From Octopus sinensis (Eukaryota): a stretch of DNA of 64,000 bases. This document shows positions 12,108 to 22,854 of the stretch, piece by piece. The translations under genes were made by a program, and so were the position numbers. The notes beneath the pieces were generated by a model. That model saw only the letters and a list, made by a program, of their open reading frames with translations. It was not told the DNA's origin and searched no databases. The stretch is from contig NC_043003.1 in the NCBI RefSeq assembly GCF_006345805.1, forward strand, positions 105,834,001 to 105,898,000. Direction: 5' to 3'. How positions within the stretch are numbered: position 1 is the first letter of the stretch; each line of letters begins with the position of its first letter.

Positions 12108-12537
12108 AGTTTTAATAATACTTTGAATAGTGAGTGTTTAGAATTGGTCTTAAAGTACTGCTTAAATATCTTATTTTTGTTTCAGTTATTAGACTGGCCA
12201 TGCTGGGGCATCACCTTGAATTTTACTCAAATGAATTGACCTCAGTACTTATTTCTTTAAAGCTTGGTACATAGACTATTGGACTCTTTTGCCAAACTGC
12301 TAAGTTACAGGTATGTAAGCACCAACAGTGGCTGTCAAGTAGTAGTTGGGGACAAACACAGACACCCACATAGATTTAGATATTAAGTTTTACACCATGT
12401 TTATTACAGGGACGAGCAAATGAATTAGGCAAGTTAAGCTTCAGCCAAAAAAAGAAAAAAAAAGACTTTTCAATAACAAAAAAATATATTTAACGAGTCA
12501 AATAATTTATTATATAAATACAAAATTTTGTACATTC

Positions 12538-12624
12538 TTATCTTCCACCGCCTCCACCACCACCTTGAGGATCAGAATTAGATGCTAACATCAACACAAT
12601 CACAAATGGAACAATGTACATCCA
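12538..12624 (-). CDS. EMC10: ER membrane protein complex subunit 10, exon 7 (WMYIVPFVIVLMLASNSDPQGGGGGGGR*): TM helix and Gly tail
   Basis: ttttttcag acceptor, TAA stop; matches the EMC10 C-terminus (..SFFAKYWMYIIP..GGGG). AATAAA on - strand at 12400-12405. Confidence 0.96.
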   Translation of the reverse strand, partial: WMYIVPFVIVLMLASNSDPQGGGGGGGR

Positions 12625-13003
12625 CTGAAAAAAGTAAAAGAAAGCAACTGTATTTATTAATCAGTTTAATGTAGATGAAAGACTATCACCCTCTAATATC
12701 TGTTTTCCTTTACTGGCAGGCTTTGCACAGATGCCTTTCCTAATGCCAAAGATTCTTTTGTCCTTTGCTTGTTCCAGTCAGTACACAACAGCCATGCTGG
12801 GGCACTGCTTTGAAGAATTTTTAGTTGACTGACTCGACCCCAGTACGTTATTTTGAAAGCCTGGTACCTACTCTTTCAGTCTCTTTTGCTGAACTGCTAA
12901 GCTAAGTTATGGAGATGTAAACACACCAACACTGGATGTCAAGCAGTGGTGGGGACAAATACACACACTATGTATGTGTGTGTGTGTGTGTATGTATATA
13001 TAT

Positions 13004-13035
<32 letters not shown>

Positions 13036-14480
13036 CAATGGTCTTTCAGTTTCTCTCTACCAAATCCATTCACAAGGTTTTGGTTGGGCTGAGGCTATAG
13101 TAGAAAGCACCCAGTAAACACTGTAAAATGGCTGGCATTAGGAAGGGCATCCAGCCATAGAAACCAAGCCACAACAGACAATGGAACCTGGTGTAGGCCC
13201 TGGTCTTGCCAGTTCCTATCAAGCTGTCCAACCCATGCCAGCACGGAAAACAGATGTTAAATGTTGATAATTTCATTATTTCCTTTATGATTAAATAGTA
13301 TATTAGAATCATGTTTCACATATTAACAACCAACAAAAACAGTAATACTTAGACTTCCTAGACACGGGATTAGAGGAATTAAAATGTGTGTTGAAAAAAA
13401 AAAAAATAGAATTCAAGAAGCATATGCACATGAATTAATCCACAGTTATAAACATACAATACATACTGCTGTTAAGCTGATAATAAAAAAAAAGCAGATG
13501 AACTTTTGTTACGAGTTCATCTTAAATACTGGGCAGAACATGCAGTTCCATCACTTAAAAAGATTCTATCAATAATTCCTAACTTATTTCTTCATTCAGA
13601 ACTATCATGATGTTTTCACTGACAGAATTGATTGTTGCTAAAGAGACTCCCTATGTGGTCTGATCAACAAGCAGCAATCAATGACCTATATATATATTTT
13701 TTTTTGTATCAGGAATGTTTTATTATAGGAATCTCCAAAGAGATCTCAATGTAGCAGTGACTAAACTGGTTTAATCAGGAATGTGTAGTGTTACAGGGAG
13801 CTCCAAGGAGACTTGTGTGTAACAGTAATAAAACTGGTTTTATCAGGAACTGTTGCTAAAGTAGCACAGTATTGGATGTTAGATCTTGATTTCTAATAAT
13901 TGTAGGCTATACACTGCTGTAATTCAATATCAACAACACAAACAGCCGGCTGACCAGTTTTTGCATTCGGTAAGGCTTTAGAGAAAACTGCAATGAAACA
14001 CAAGTTGTATTAGAGCTAGAAATAAATTTAATTGACTATATTAATTGTTGTCATTTCTACCTTTATATATCTCTACCCTGGAGTCATTTCAAAGGTGTTA
14101 TGTAATACCTCCTCAATTTTCTCTTCAATTATTTTCCTACCAGCTTATATCATTATTTTCAACATTTGCAGTCTCTCACCTTCCTCTGCTCCATGTCCTA
14201 CTGAGGTAGCCAAGTATCTCTTTGATAGTAAGAGGGCTACCTCTGTCCCTCTATCATACTCTGATCTCTCGGTTCCACTCCCTCTCTCAGCTGAGAGGCC
14301 CTTGTCTTGTGAGCCTGTAGGTGCTCGAGCCACGTAAAAAGCACCCAGTACACTCTGTGAATTGTGTATTGGGCATCCGGTTGTACTGGGCATGCCAAAA
14401 CAGACAATTAGAGCCTGCCCAACCAATACGAGGATGGAAAAATGGACGTTAGGTGATTTGATGATCCTATATACAATCAA

Positions 14481-14696
14481 GGTGGCGAGCTGGCAGAAAC
14501 GTTAGCATGCCGGGCGAAATGCGTAGCCGTATTTCGTCTGCCGTTACGTTCTGGGTTCAAATTCCGCCGAGGTCGACTTTGCCTTTCATCTTTTCAGGGT
14601 CGATAAATTAAGTACCAGTTACGCACTGGGGTTGATGTATCGACTTAATCCGTTTATCCCCTCTGCGTTTAGCCCCTTGTGGGTAGTAAAGAAATA
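14481..14696 (+). mobile_element. SINE family B (tRNA-like head; central GCCTTTCATCCTTTCGGGGTCGATAAATTAAGTACC-type domain resembling Meta/MESC)
   Basis: TSD ATATACAATC at 14469-14478 and 14698-14707. Further copies near 29044, 31590-31940, 36797, 43487, 52860-53218, 56210 and 58733. The domain name is from memory. Confidence 0.88.
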
Positions 14697-15811
14697 CATA
14701 TACAATCTTTCTCTTTTTTACATGAGAAATATACTTCCATTCAATCCAACTTTTAAATATGTATTAGACACCCATTAAATAATAAATAAATCGTTCTTCT
14801 TCCTTTAACTTCTAACATGTTTATTATACTCTAAGAACTGGAAGAACTTTTGTCAGCAAATATAATAGCAATTATAACTATTTACTTCTCATTTCAACAG
14901 GAATTATATCAACTTATAAGGATTCATAAAAATAATCCTATATCTTTTACTCCTAGGTAATACATCTATTTAGTGTTTGATAAAATAGACATTAAGACAA
15001 TTAGAGACTTTAAAGATAATAACAAATAGAAATTTGTTCTGAGACCAATATGTGTAGTTACAATTGTTTCATTTTAGTGGTATTGACTGTTACTCCAATT
15101 AATTTTCTACTTTTGTTCTTATTAACCATCTTACCATTGCATGCACAATGTCACTAAATCAATTATTGCACATACATCATGTATCTAGAAGCTTTAACAG
15201 ATTTTTGTAGTCTTTAACGTGAACACCCAACAGTTTGTCAACTTATATTAATGATTTAACCCTTTAGTATTTAAACCGGCCATATCCGGCCAAAATAGTT
15301 AATCTGTTTTATGTTCAAACTGACCAGATCCAGGCTCTCACGCCTACCCTACAATGTTATTCTACGTTAGGTAATTACACCATCAAGCTCTTGAAGATAT
15401 GAGATAATGCATGATTAATTCAAATCAATGGGAATCAATAAGCATTATGTTTGATGGGATAATCTGAACACTAATGGACTCACACGGTATCAAACCACAC
15501 TCTTTCTTCTCCAAGATATGGGTCTTGAAACTTTTCTTTTTCATATCTTAAATCTATTTTGGCTATCAAAATCCTTTGTCTTTCCTGCTTTATTATTAAA
15601 TTATACTTTGCAAGCAACCTCTTGAAGCAAGACTAAAGAGAAACAAGAATTTCCAGTATGCAGCTCTTGCATTTAAACCTATTGAAGAATACAACACATT
15701 ATTCCTCTATACATTTGCCTTATTCTGTATATACATCTTAAAAATAAATCTTAACTGACATAAAAGATAGAAGCAACATTTTAATGAAAATTAATTTTTT
15801 TAAGCACTTAC

Positions 15812-15908
15812 ATATTTTGCGAAAAATGACCGATTGTCCCCCTGCTGACCTTTCTGCTTATCATGTTCCTCTCGTTTTAGTTTGTCAATGTACAACTGTG
15901 TTTCTGGT
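15812..15908 (-). CDS. EMC10: EMC10 exon 6 (PETQLYIDKLKREEHDKQKGQQGDNRSFFAKY)
   Basis: ttgcag acceptor, gtaagt donor, 97 nt, phase 2/0; conserved PET..SFFAKY motif. Confidence 0.96.
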
Positions 15909-16307
15909 CTGCAATGACAAAAAGATTTATTAAATCACTAAAAAAGCTTAAATGCTTACTTTTGTTTGCGTCCTTCGCCTACTCCATGGGCCAATAAAAT
16001 AATTATATCTACTGGATAACTAAAAAGACAAAAGTATCAAACATGTTGATATTGAAAGGGTTAAGTCTATCCTAGGATAAACTTAACCCTCTCAATATCA
16101 ACTCACCTGAGTTTGCACCTGGTTCTTGTACAAAAATCTTATTCTAAATGTTAATAGTTGTGTTAAAACATCTCATAATTTTATATAAGATAATTTTTCT
16201 AAGTAAGCTCTGTTGATTAAAAATTAATTGAAACACACAGGCATCAGAAATATGGTCAGGAATGGTTTAAGAAATTTTAATCCACAAAGTTGAATTTTGA
16301 CAGACCT

Positions 16308-16502
16308 TGGCACCTGTGCAGGTGGCACGTAAAAAGCACCCACTACACTCACGGAGTGGTTGGCGTTAGGAAGGGCATCCAGCTGTAGAAACACTGCCAG
16401 ATCAGACTGGAGCCTGGTGCAGCCCTGGCTTCCCAGACTCCGGTCGAACTGTCCAACCCATGCTAGTGCGGAAAACGGACGTTAAACGATGATGATGATG
16501 AT
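16308..16502 (+). mobile_element. RTE LINE 3' fragment
   Basis: Same tail family, ending GGACGTTAAAC(GAT)n. Confidence 0.88.
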
Positions 16503-16589
16503 GCTCCTGGGTGAAGAGCTTGCAATAAAATCCCAGCCACTGGGTTATTATATATATGTGTGTGTGTGTATATGTATATATGTATATAT

Positions 16590-16842
16590 TACGCCCAAAA
16601 CTGAATGTAAAACAGGGTGCACTGGCCCACAGGGGATTACAATCCCTGCAGGAGCTGGATACTGACATGAGTGATGATACCTCTTTCCAAGTGCACATTA
16701 CCAAGATGGCAACAAAGTGCAGATGGCTGGATCCTGAGAACCTTCAGAACCAGAGGGAAGGAAACCACGAGGACATTCGTTCTCAGCCGCCAGGACTACT
16801 GCTCCCAGCTATGGTCACCTTGCAGTGTAAAATTAACCCATA
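16590..16842 (+). mobile_element. CR1/L2-like LINE fragment (post-RT region), frameshifted
   Basis: Peptide pieces DMSDDTSFQVHITKMATKC / GWILRTFRTR / FVLSRQDYCSQLWSP resemble the LGV..F..HI and R.RLEYC...WSP motifs of CR1/L2/Jockey-type ORF2. Confidence 0.65.
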
Positions 16843-17896
16843 TATGCCCGTAAAAAAATGAAGAATCGATTTTTCCTTTTGGCTTGTTGACTTGTATTCT
16901 ATTGAGTCGGTCATTTTCAGTCTTTGATATGCTGTTTTTTTTTTAATGTTTCCACTAGCTTTAGACACTGGAATGTAGTCATGCTGGAGCACTGTGTTCA
17001 GGGTTTTAGCTGATCACATTGATCCCTATGTCAAATCTTCAAGTTATGGACAGACACATATGATGGGCTTCCATACAACTCTCCCTCTTACCAAAAAGCA
17101 TTGGTCAGTTTGGTCATCATCATTGTTGTTTAATGTCCACTTTTCTATTGGCTTGCATGGGACAGATAATTGTTGCAGCAGATTTTCTATGGCTGGATGC
17201 CCTTCCTGTCACCAACCTTCAACTGTTTTAAAATAAAATAATATTTCCCCATAACCAGGCATGTTTTTCACAGGAGACTGAAAATGAAGGACATTGCTTG
17301 TATGATGGTGATGATTGTTTATGACCATCATGTAATGTCAAGACAAGGCGGCACACACACATAATGGGCTTCTTTCAGTTTCCACTCACAAAGCTTTAGC
17401 TGGCTCAGGGTTATAGTAGAAAATACTTCCCCAGGTGCCGCGCAGTGGGACTGAACCTGAGACCACATGGTTAGGAAGCAAGCTTCTCAACCACACAGCT
17501 ACGTCCTGTCCAAGGTGCCTCGAAGTGGAATCAAATCAAGAGCCACATGGTTATGATGTGAAACTTTTTAATCACATGATTATTCGTGCATCTGTGAGAA
17601 GAATTCCAGTATCAAAACTTCTGGGGTTTGTCTCTAAGTCAACCATTTGTTAAAGCTCTGCCTCTAATTCTTTATCCACCAAATTAAACAAATTGTTAGC
17701 TTCAGAAAATGTAATTTGTTTTGTAAGCATAAGGTTAACAAACCAAAAAAATGAAGCAAATTATGTGAATTTTAGAAAAAAATACTTAAACTCATATAAA
17801 GTAATTATAATTTTGTTGAATAATCATTAATGTAAACAGACAACTTCAGAAGGTTAACCAATAAATGAAAAGATTAAAAGTTTATCCAATACTTAC

Positions 17897-18078
17897 AATG
17901 GACCTGCTACAGTTTGGACAATTTCAATGGTTGTATTCCAGTTACTAATTGCATCATCGGGCATAGTGACATCCATACACTGACCTACAGTTGACGACAT
18001 GGTCACTCCAACAACTTCACCAGATTGGTCAACATTCAAAGTAAGTAAATCAGACAAACCAGATTCATACAGCTGACA
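17897..18078 (-). CDS. EMC10: EMC10 exon 5 (CQLYESGLSDLLTLNVDQSGEVVGVTMSSTVGQCMDVTMPDDAISNWNTTIEIVQTVAGP)
   Basis: tttttag acceptor, gtaagt donor, 182 nt, phase 0/2; matches the EMC10 C.L.ES.LSD.LTL.VD..G.VVGV motif. Confidence 0.96.
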
Positions 18079-18197
18079 CTAAAAAGAAAATACGACAAAC
18101 ATATAAACAAGGTTGTTAAGGGCTCCAATGGTGAGAAATTAAGTAGTCATAGCTTAATTACTCTTATCTCGGATATAAATTATTTTTCAGTTTTAAA

Positions 18198-18572
18198 TCT
18201 TTATATATAAAAGTGAGGTTGTGTGCTGTCTGTCTCCTACGATCTAGATTCGTAACTACTCCCACATTTTGCGGTGCAGTGTAACCAAAACGGGTATCTT
18301 GTAGTCGTGATTCATATCGAACCCTTCTGGGTATTAGCGCGCGTCTACGATGAGTCTACGATTTAAAAAAGAAATTTACCATCATTTTTTTCCATTTTAA
18401 TGCATTTTTTCGCTATTATATAAGGGAAGTAACTCTCTAAAAATGTCTGATGAGTCAACGATTAAAAAAAAAATTTACCGTCATTTTTTCCCCATTTTTA
18501 ATGCATTTTTTTGGCTATAACTCTCTAAAAATGCTTATATAGTTATTTCCCTTACAAACCCGATACTGCTAG
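18198..18572 (+). mobile_element. Non-autonomous Helitron-like element
   Basis: Starts A|TCTTTATATATAAAA followed by a (GTCT)-type microsatellite, has an internal ~90-bp tandem duplication, ends GCTAG|T (A/T target, no TSD). Confidence 0.65.
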
Positions 18573-19106
18573 TTGTTTGATAAATGTATTTTGGATAAGA
18601 ATTCAAATTTCATTAAAATTTTAAAAAAAAATGAATTCTGACTAGCTTTGGGACAGTGCAACTACCAGAGACACAAACATCCCGAACCAAACCCTTGACT
18701 CAAACTAACACACTATAATCACTAACTCCGCCATCCATTGGATCCTTTCTGTCTCTACTGTAATAGTTTCTGCTTCTATAAATTTGTCAGCTGTACACCA
18801 TGGCAACCAGCACCACTTGCCTCCTCTAACCTCAACCATGTCATATACATTCAAATCTATATAAAACACTTTATCTAAATCTTTCATCTCAAAACTATAA
18901 GCCTTTGGAATACTGATCTTTCCTAATTGTCTCAAAACAAGGTGAACCTCACCTGCCACAAAGAGGGTTCCACAAGGGATTATGAATTTTATTCCTAAAT
19001 TTCTTTTAGACTTAAAAATAAACTCCAACAAAAATGAAATTTTTTTCAAAAGACATGACTGAAATTCAGAAGAAATGAGCCAGAACTTGTAACTGGACAT
19101 ACTTAC

Positions 19107-19214
19107 GGCCAGTATGAAGGTAGAAACATAATTGTGAGATTCCTCTTCATGTGCAGAACTGACTGGACGTACAGGAATTTTAATTCGATAGAAATCATTT
19201 CGTCCAGCAGCACT
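19107..19214 (-). CDS. EMC10: EMC10 exon 4 (SAAGRNDFYRIKIPVRPVSSAHEEESHNYVSTFILA)
   Basis: tttcag acceptor, gtaagt donor, 108 nt, phase 0/0; YRI.IP..YVS.F..A motif. Confidence 0.94.
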
Positions 19215-19643
19215 CTGAAATGAACCAAAGAAAAAAAACCAAAGACATCATCAATTTAATTCTTGATTCCCATGTTGGGATCGGTTGTATCGGTTTGATA
19301 GGATTCAGCAAGCCACATGGCCGGATGCCCTTCCCAACACCAACCACTTTATAAAGTGTACTGGGTGCTATTTGGCGTCACCAAAAAAGCTGCAAGACAG
19401 AAAAAGAACAGGTGAAAGGGGGGGGGGGGAAAGCCACCCGCCGACAAATAATTGGGAGTGGGTGGGTTAATGTAGAGAAGCAAAAGTATGATTGAGAGAC
19501 AAGCACAAGTGTGTTGCTATGGAGTATATATACTCATGTATATATACATGGGTATAATAATAATTTGAGGGAATATTATTCCTAACTTACAGGGAAAAAT
19601 TCAATTTAGAAATACTAAATCAAATTTCACAAAATATATAATA

Positions 19644-20030
19644 TACTCTTTTACTTGTTTCAGTCATTTGACTGCGGCCATGCTGAAGCACCGCCTTTAA
19701 TCGAGCAACTCGACCCCGGGACTTGTTCTTTGTAAGCCCAGTACTTATTCTATTGGTCTTTTTTGCCGAACTGCTAAGTGATGGGGACATAAACACACCA
19801 GCATCGGTTGTCAAGCAATGCTAGGGGGACAAACACAGACACACACACACACATATATATATACATATATAGACGATGGGCTTCTTTCAGTTTCTGTCTA
19901 CCAAATCCACTCACAAGGCTTTGGTTGGCCCGAGGCTATAGCAGAAAACACTTGCCCAAGGTGCCACACAGTGGGACTGAACCCGGAACCATGTGGTTGG
20001 TAAACAAGCTACTTACCACAGAGCCACTCC
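19644..20030 (-). mobile_element. SINE family A, full length
   Basis: Near-identical to the 5882-6258 copy. Confidence 0.92.
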
Positions 20031-20261
20031 TAGAAAAAAAAAACACCTTTTATATATACATGAGTATATATACTTTCATTGGGTTCAGATACTGGATGGT
20101 GGTCATACTGGTGCACTGCCTTCAAGAGGATATGACCTCAGTGTTGCATGGTACATATTTTGTTGACTTAGATAGACGAAAGGGGTGGGATTTAAACTCA
20201 GAATGGAAATAACAGAACACCAAATATTTTGTCTGATGTTACTGATTCTGTTACATCATCC

Positions 20262-20668
20262 ATCATCATTTCAACGTTTACTTTTCCATGTTTGCATGGA
20301 CTGGACAGAGTTTATTGAGGCAGATTTTCTACAGCCGGATGCTCTTCCCATTGCCAACCGTCAGCTGTTTCCAAGCTAGCTAATATTTCCTAATGGCCAG
20401 ACATGTTTTTGGTGGAAGACTGGAAATGAATGACACATACTTTCAACAGTCACACACTGTCAAGACAGGGAGACAAACACACACACACACACATACACAT
20501 ATGATGGACTTCTCTCATTTCCCAACTACCAAATCAACTCTTGAGGCTTTGGTTGGTCTGGGATTACTGTAGAAGACATTTGCTCAAGGATCCAAGCAGT
20601 AGGACTGAACCCAGGACCATGTGGTGGAGAAGCAAACTTCTTAACCCACACAGCCACCCCTGTGCCCC
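20262..20668 (-). mobile_element. SINE with family-A head and core but an RTE-like (GAT)n tail (family C)
   Basis: Head/core at ~20500-20668, different body, tail ..GGGAAGAGCATCCGGCTGTAGAAAATCTGCC..CATGGAAAAG..GATGATG. Related pieces near 10145-10375, 17115-17500 and 38290-38505. Confidence 0.7.
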
Positions 20669-20984
20669 ATATCTGACTAATAATCAAAGCACATGCAATT
20701 TAGCTTCTTGAAAATTGTTTTACATCTATTTCTTTATGTTTGTATTACAGCATAAAGCTATGACAAGGGGAGCATAAAGTGCCTTGCTTAGAGGCATCAT
20801 CACTGAAGATCGGAGCTCATGATTGGTGCAGGCGTGGCTGCGTGGTTAAAAAAATTTCCTTCTCAACCATGTTATCTTTGGTTCAGTTCCACTGCACTGC
20901 ACCCTGGGCAAGTGTTTTCTACTATAGTTTTGGGCTGACCAAAGTCTTGTCAGTGGATTTTGTAAAGGGAAACTAAAATTGTGT

Positions 20985-21970
20985 CATCATCATCATCGTT
21001 TAACGTCTGCTTTCCATGCTAGCATCGGTTGGACGATTTGACTGAGGTTTGGCGAACCAGATGGCTGCACCAGGCTCCAATCTGATCTGGCAGAGTTTCT
21101 ACAGCTGGATGCCCTTCCTAATGCCAACCACTCCGAGAGTGTAGTGGGTGCTTTTACGTGCCATTGGCACGAGGGCCAGTCAGGCGGTACTGGCAACAGC
21201 CACGCTCAAATGGTGCTTTTTACATGCCACCTACACAGGAGCCAGTCCAGCGGTACTGGCAACGACCTCACTTGAATGGTTTTTCACGTGCCACCAGCAC
21301 AAGTGCCAGTAAGGCAATGCTGGTAACGATCACGCTCGAATGGTGCTTTTTATGTGCCACCGGCACAGAAGCCAGTTGCTCTGGCAACAATCACGCTTGG
21401 ATGGTACTCTTAGTGCTCCACTAGCATGGATGTCAGTTATTGAATTTGATTTCGATTTCACTTGCCTCAACAGGTCTTTGCAAGCAGAATTTAGTGTCCA
21501 ATGAAAGAAAGGTACGCATAAGTGGGCTGGTTACACCACTGGCATAGGCCACAAGGTTATGGTCTCACTTGGCTTGCTGGGTCTTCTCAAGCACAGCATA
21601 TTTCCAGAGGTCCCGGTCACTAGTCATTGCCTCGGTGAGGCCTAATGTTCGGTCATGCTTCACCACCTCATCCCAGGTCTTCCTGGGTCTACCTCTTCCA
21701 CAGGTTCCCTCAACCGCTAGGGTGTGGCACTTTTTCACACAGCTATCCTCATCCATTCTCGCCACATGACCATACCAGCGCAGTCGTCTCTCTTGCACAC
21801 CACATCTGATGCTTCTTAGGTCCAACTTTTCTCTCAAGGTACTTACACTGTCGAGTATGCACACTGACAATACATGTCCATCAGAGCATACTGGCTTCCT
21901 TGCGAGCTTACGCATGTCCTCAGCAGTCACGGCCCATGTTTCACTGCCATGTTGCATGGCTGTTCATACA
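20985..21970 (-). mobile_element. RTE-clade LINE 3' portion (RT C-terminus, repeat-containing 3'UTR, (GAT)n tail)
   Basis: ORF 21957-21565 has HGSETWA..RRLRWYGHVARMDEDSCVKK..GRGRPRKTW, motifs typical of RTE ORF2 C-termini. Confidence 0.92.
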
Positions 21971-22472
21971 CGTGTCATACTAATACCTGCAATTCTAATA
22001 TTTAATTCAGCCTCTTGCTTCCCATCAACCATGGATAAGGTCTTGAGATACTCAAACTTCTGCACTTGTCTCAGTGATGTTCAATAAACACAAGAGAGCC
22101 CCGGGAAGATTTTCTTGAGAGGACCAATGTCTCAAGTCTTCACAACATTTACTCTCATATTTGCCTTGAGGGCACATGGTACTGAATCTATTCAGTTCAT
22201 GCTGGAGATCACCTGAGGAGCCAAGTAGTCTGCAAATATCAACCCACTGAAATAAAGTTATTAAACATGATAATGATTACAACTATAGTATTTAAGACTT
22301 AAGACTATCTAAAGAGCAAGATAAGATGCAAGATTGTCATCTGGTTGCAGCCAGTTAAGTTGATAAGCGAGCAACCTTCAAGTTGTGCTGTCTCCTTGTA
22401 CAGCACTTGCTGGTTCAGTCCACTGAGGTGGAAATAAGAACTATGACAAACCAGTAACATACGACAAGCAGT

Positions 22473-22847
22473 TACTCTGTTACTTGTTTCAGTCATTTGA
22501 CTGCGGCCATGCTGGAGCACCGCCCCTTAGTCGAGCAAACTGACCCCAGGACTTATTCTTTGTAAGCTTAGTACTTATTCTATTGGGTCTCTTTTGCCGA
22601 ACTGCTAAGTTACGGGGGATGTAAACACACCAGCACGGTTGTCAAGCGATGTTGGAGGGACAAACACAGACACACAAACATATATATGACGGGCTTCTTT
22701 CAGTTTCCGTCTACCAAATCCATTTACAAGGCTTTGGCTGGCCCGAGGCTATAGTAGAAGACACTTGCCCAAGGTGCCATGCAGTGGGACTGAACCCGGA
22801 ACCATGTGGTTGGTAAGCAAGCTACTTACCACACAGCCACTCCTGCC
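22473..22847 (-). mobile_element. SINE family A
   Basis: Family A head, core and tail. Confidence 0.9.
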
Positions 22848-22854
22848 ATTTCTG

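Noticed and set aside
13708-13850. Two diverged ~66-bp tandem units in EMC10 intron 6
   Set aside because: Short, degenerate local duplication with no structure or coding signal.
21147-21366. CRISPR-like repeat-spacer pattern (also near 53402 and 61467)
   Set aside because: Eukaryotic context, no cas genes, spacers resemble one another, and the array is always part of the RTE LINE 3'UTR.
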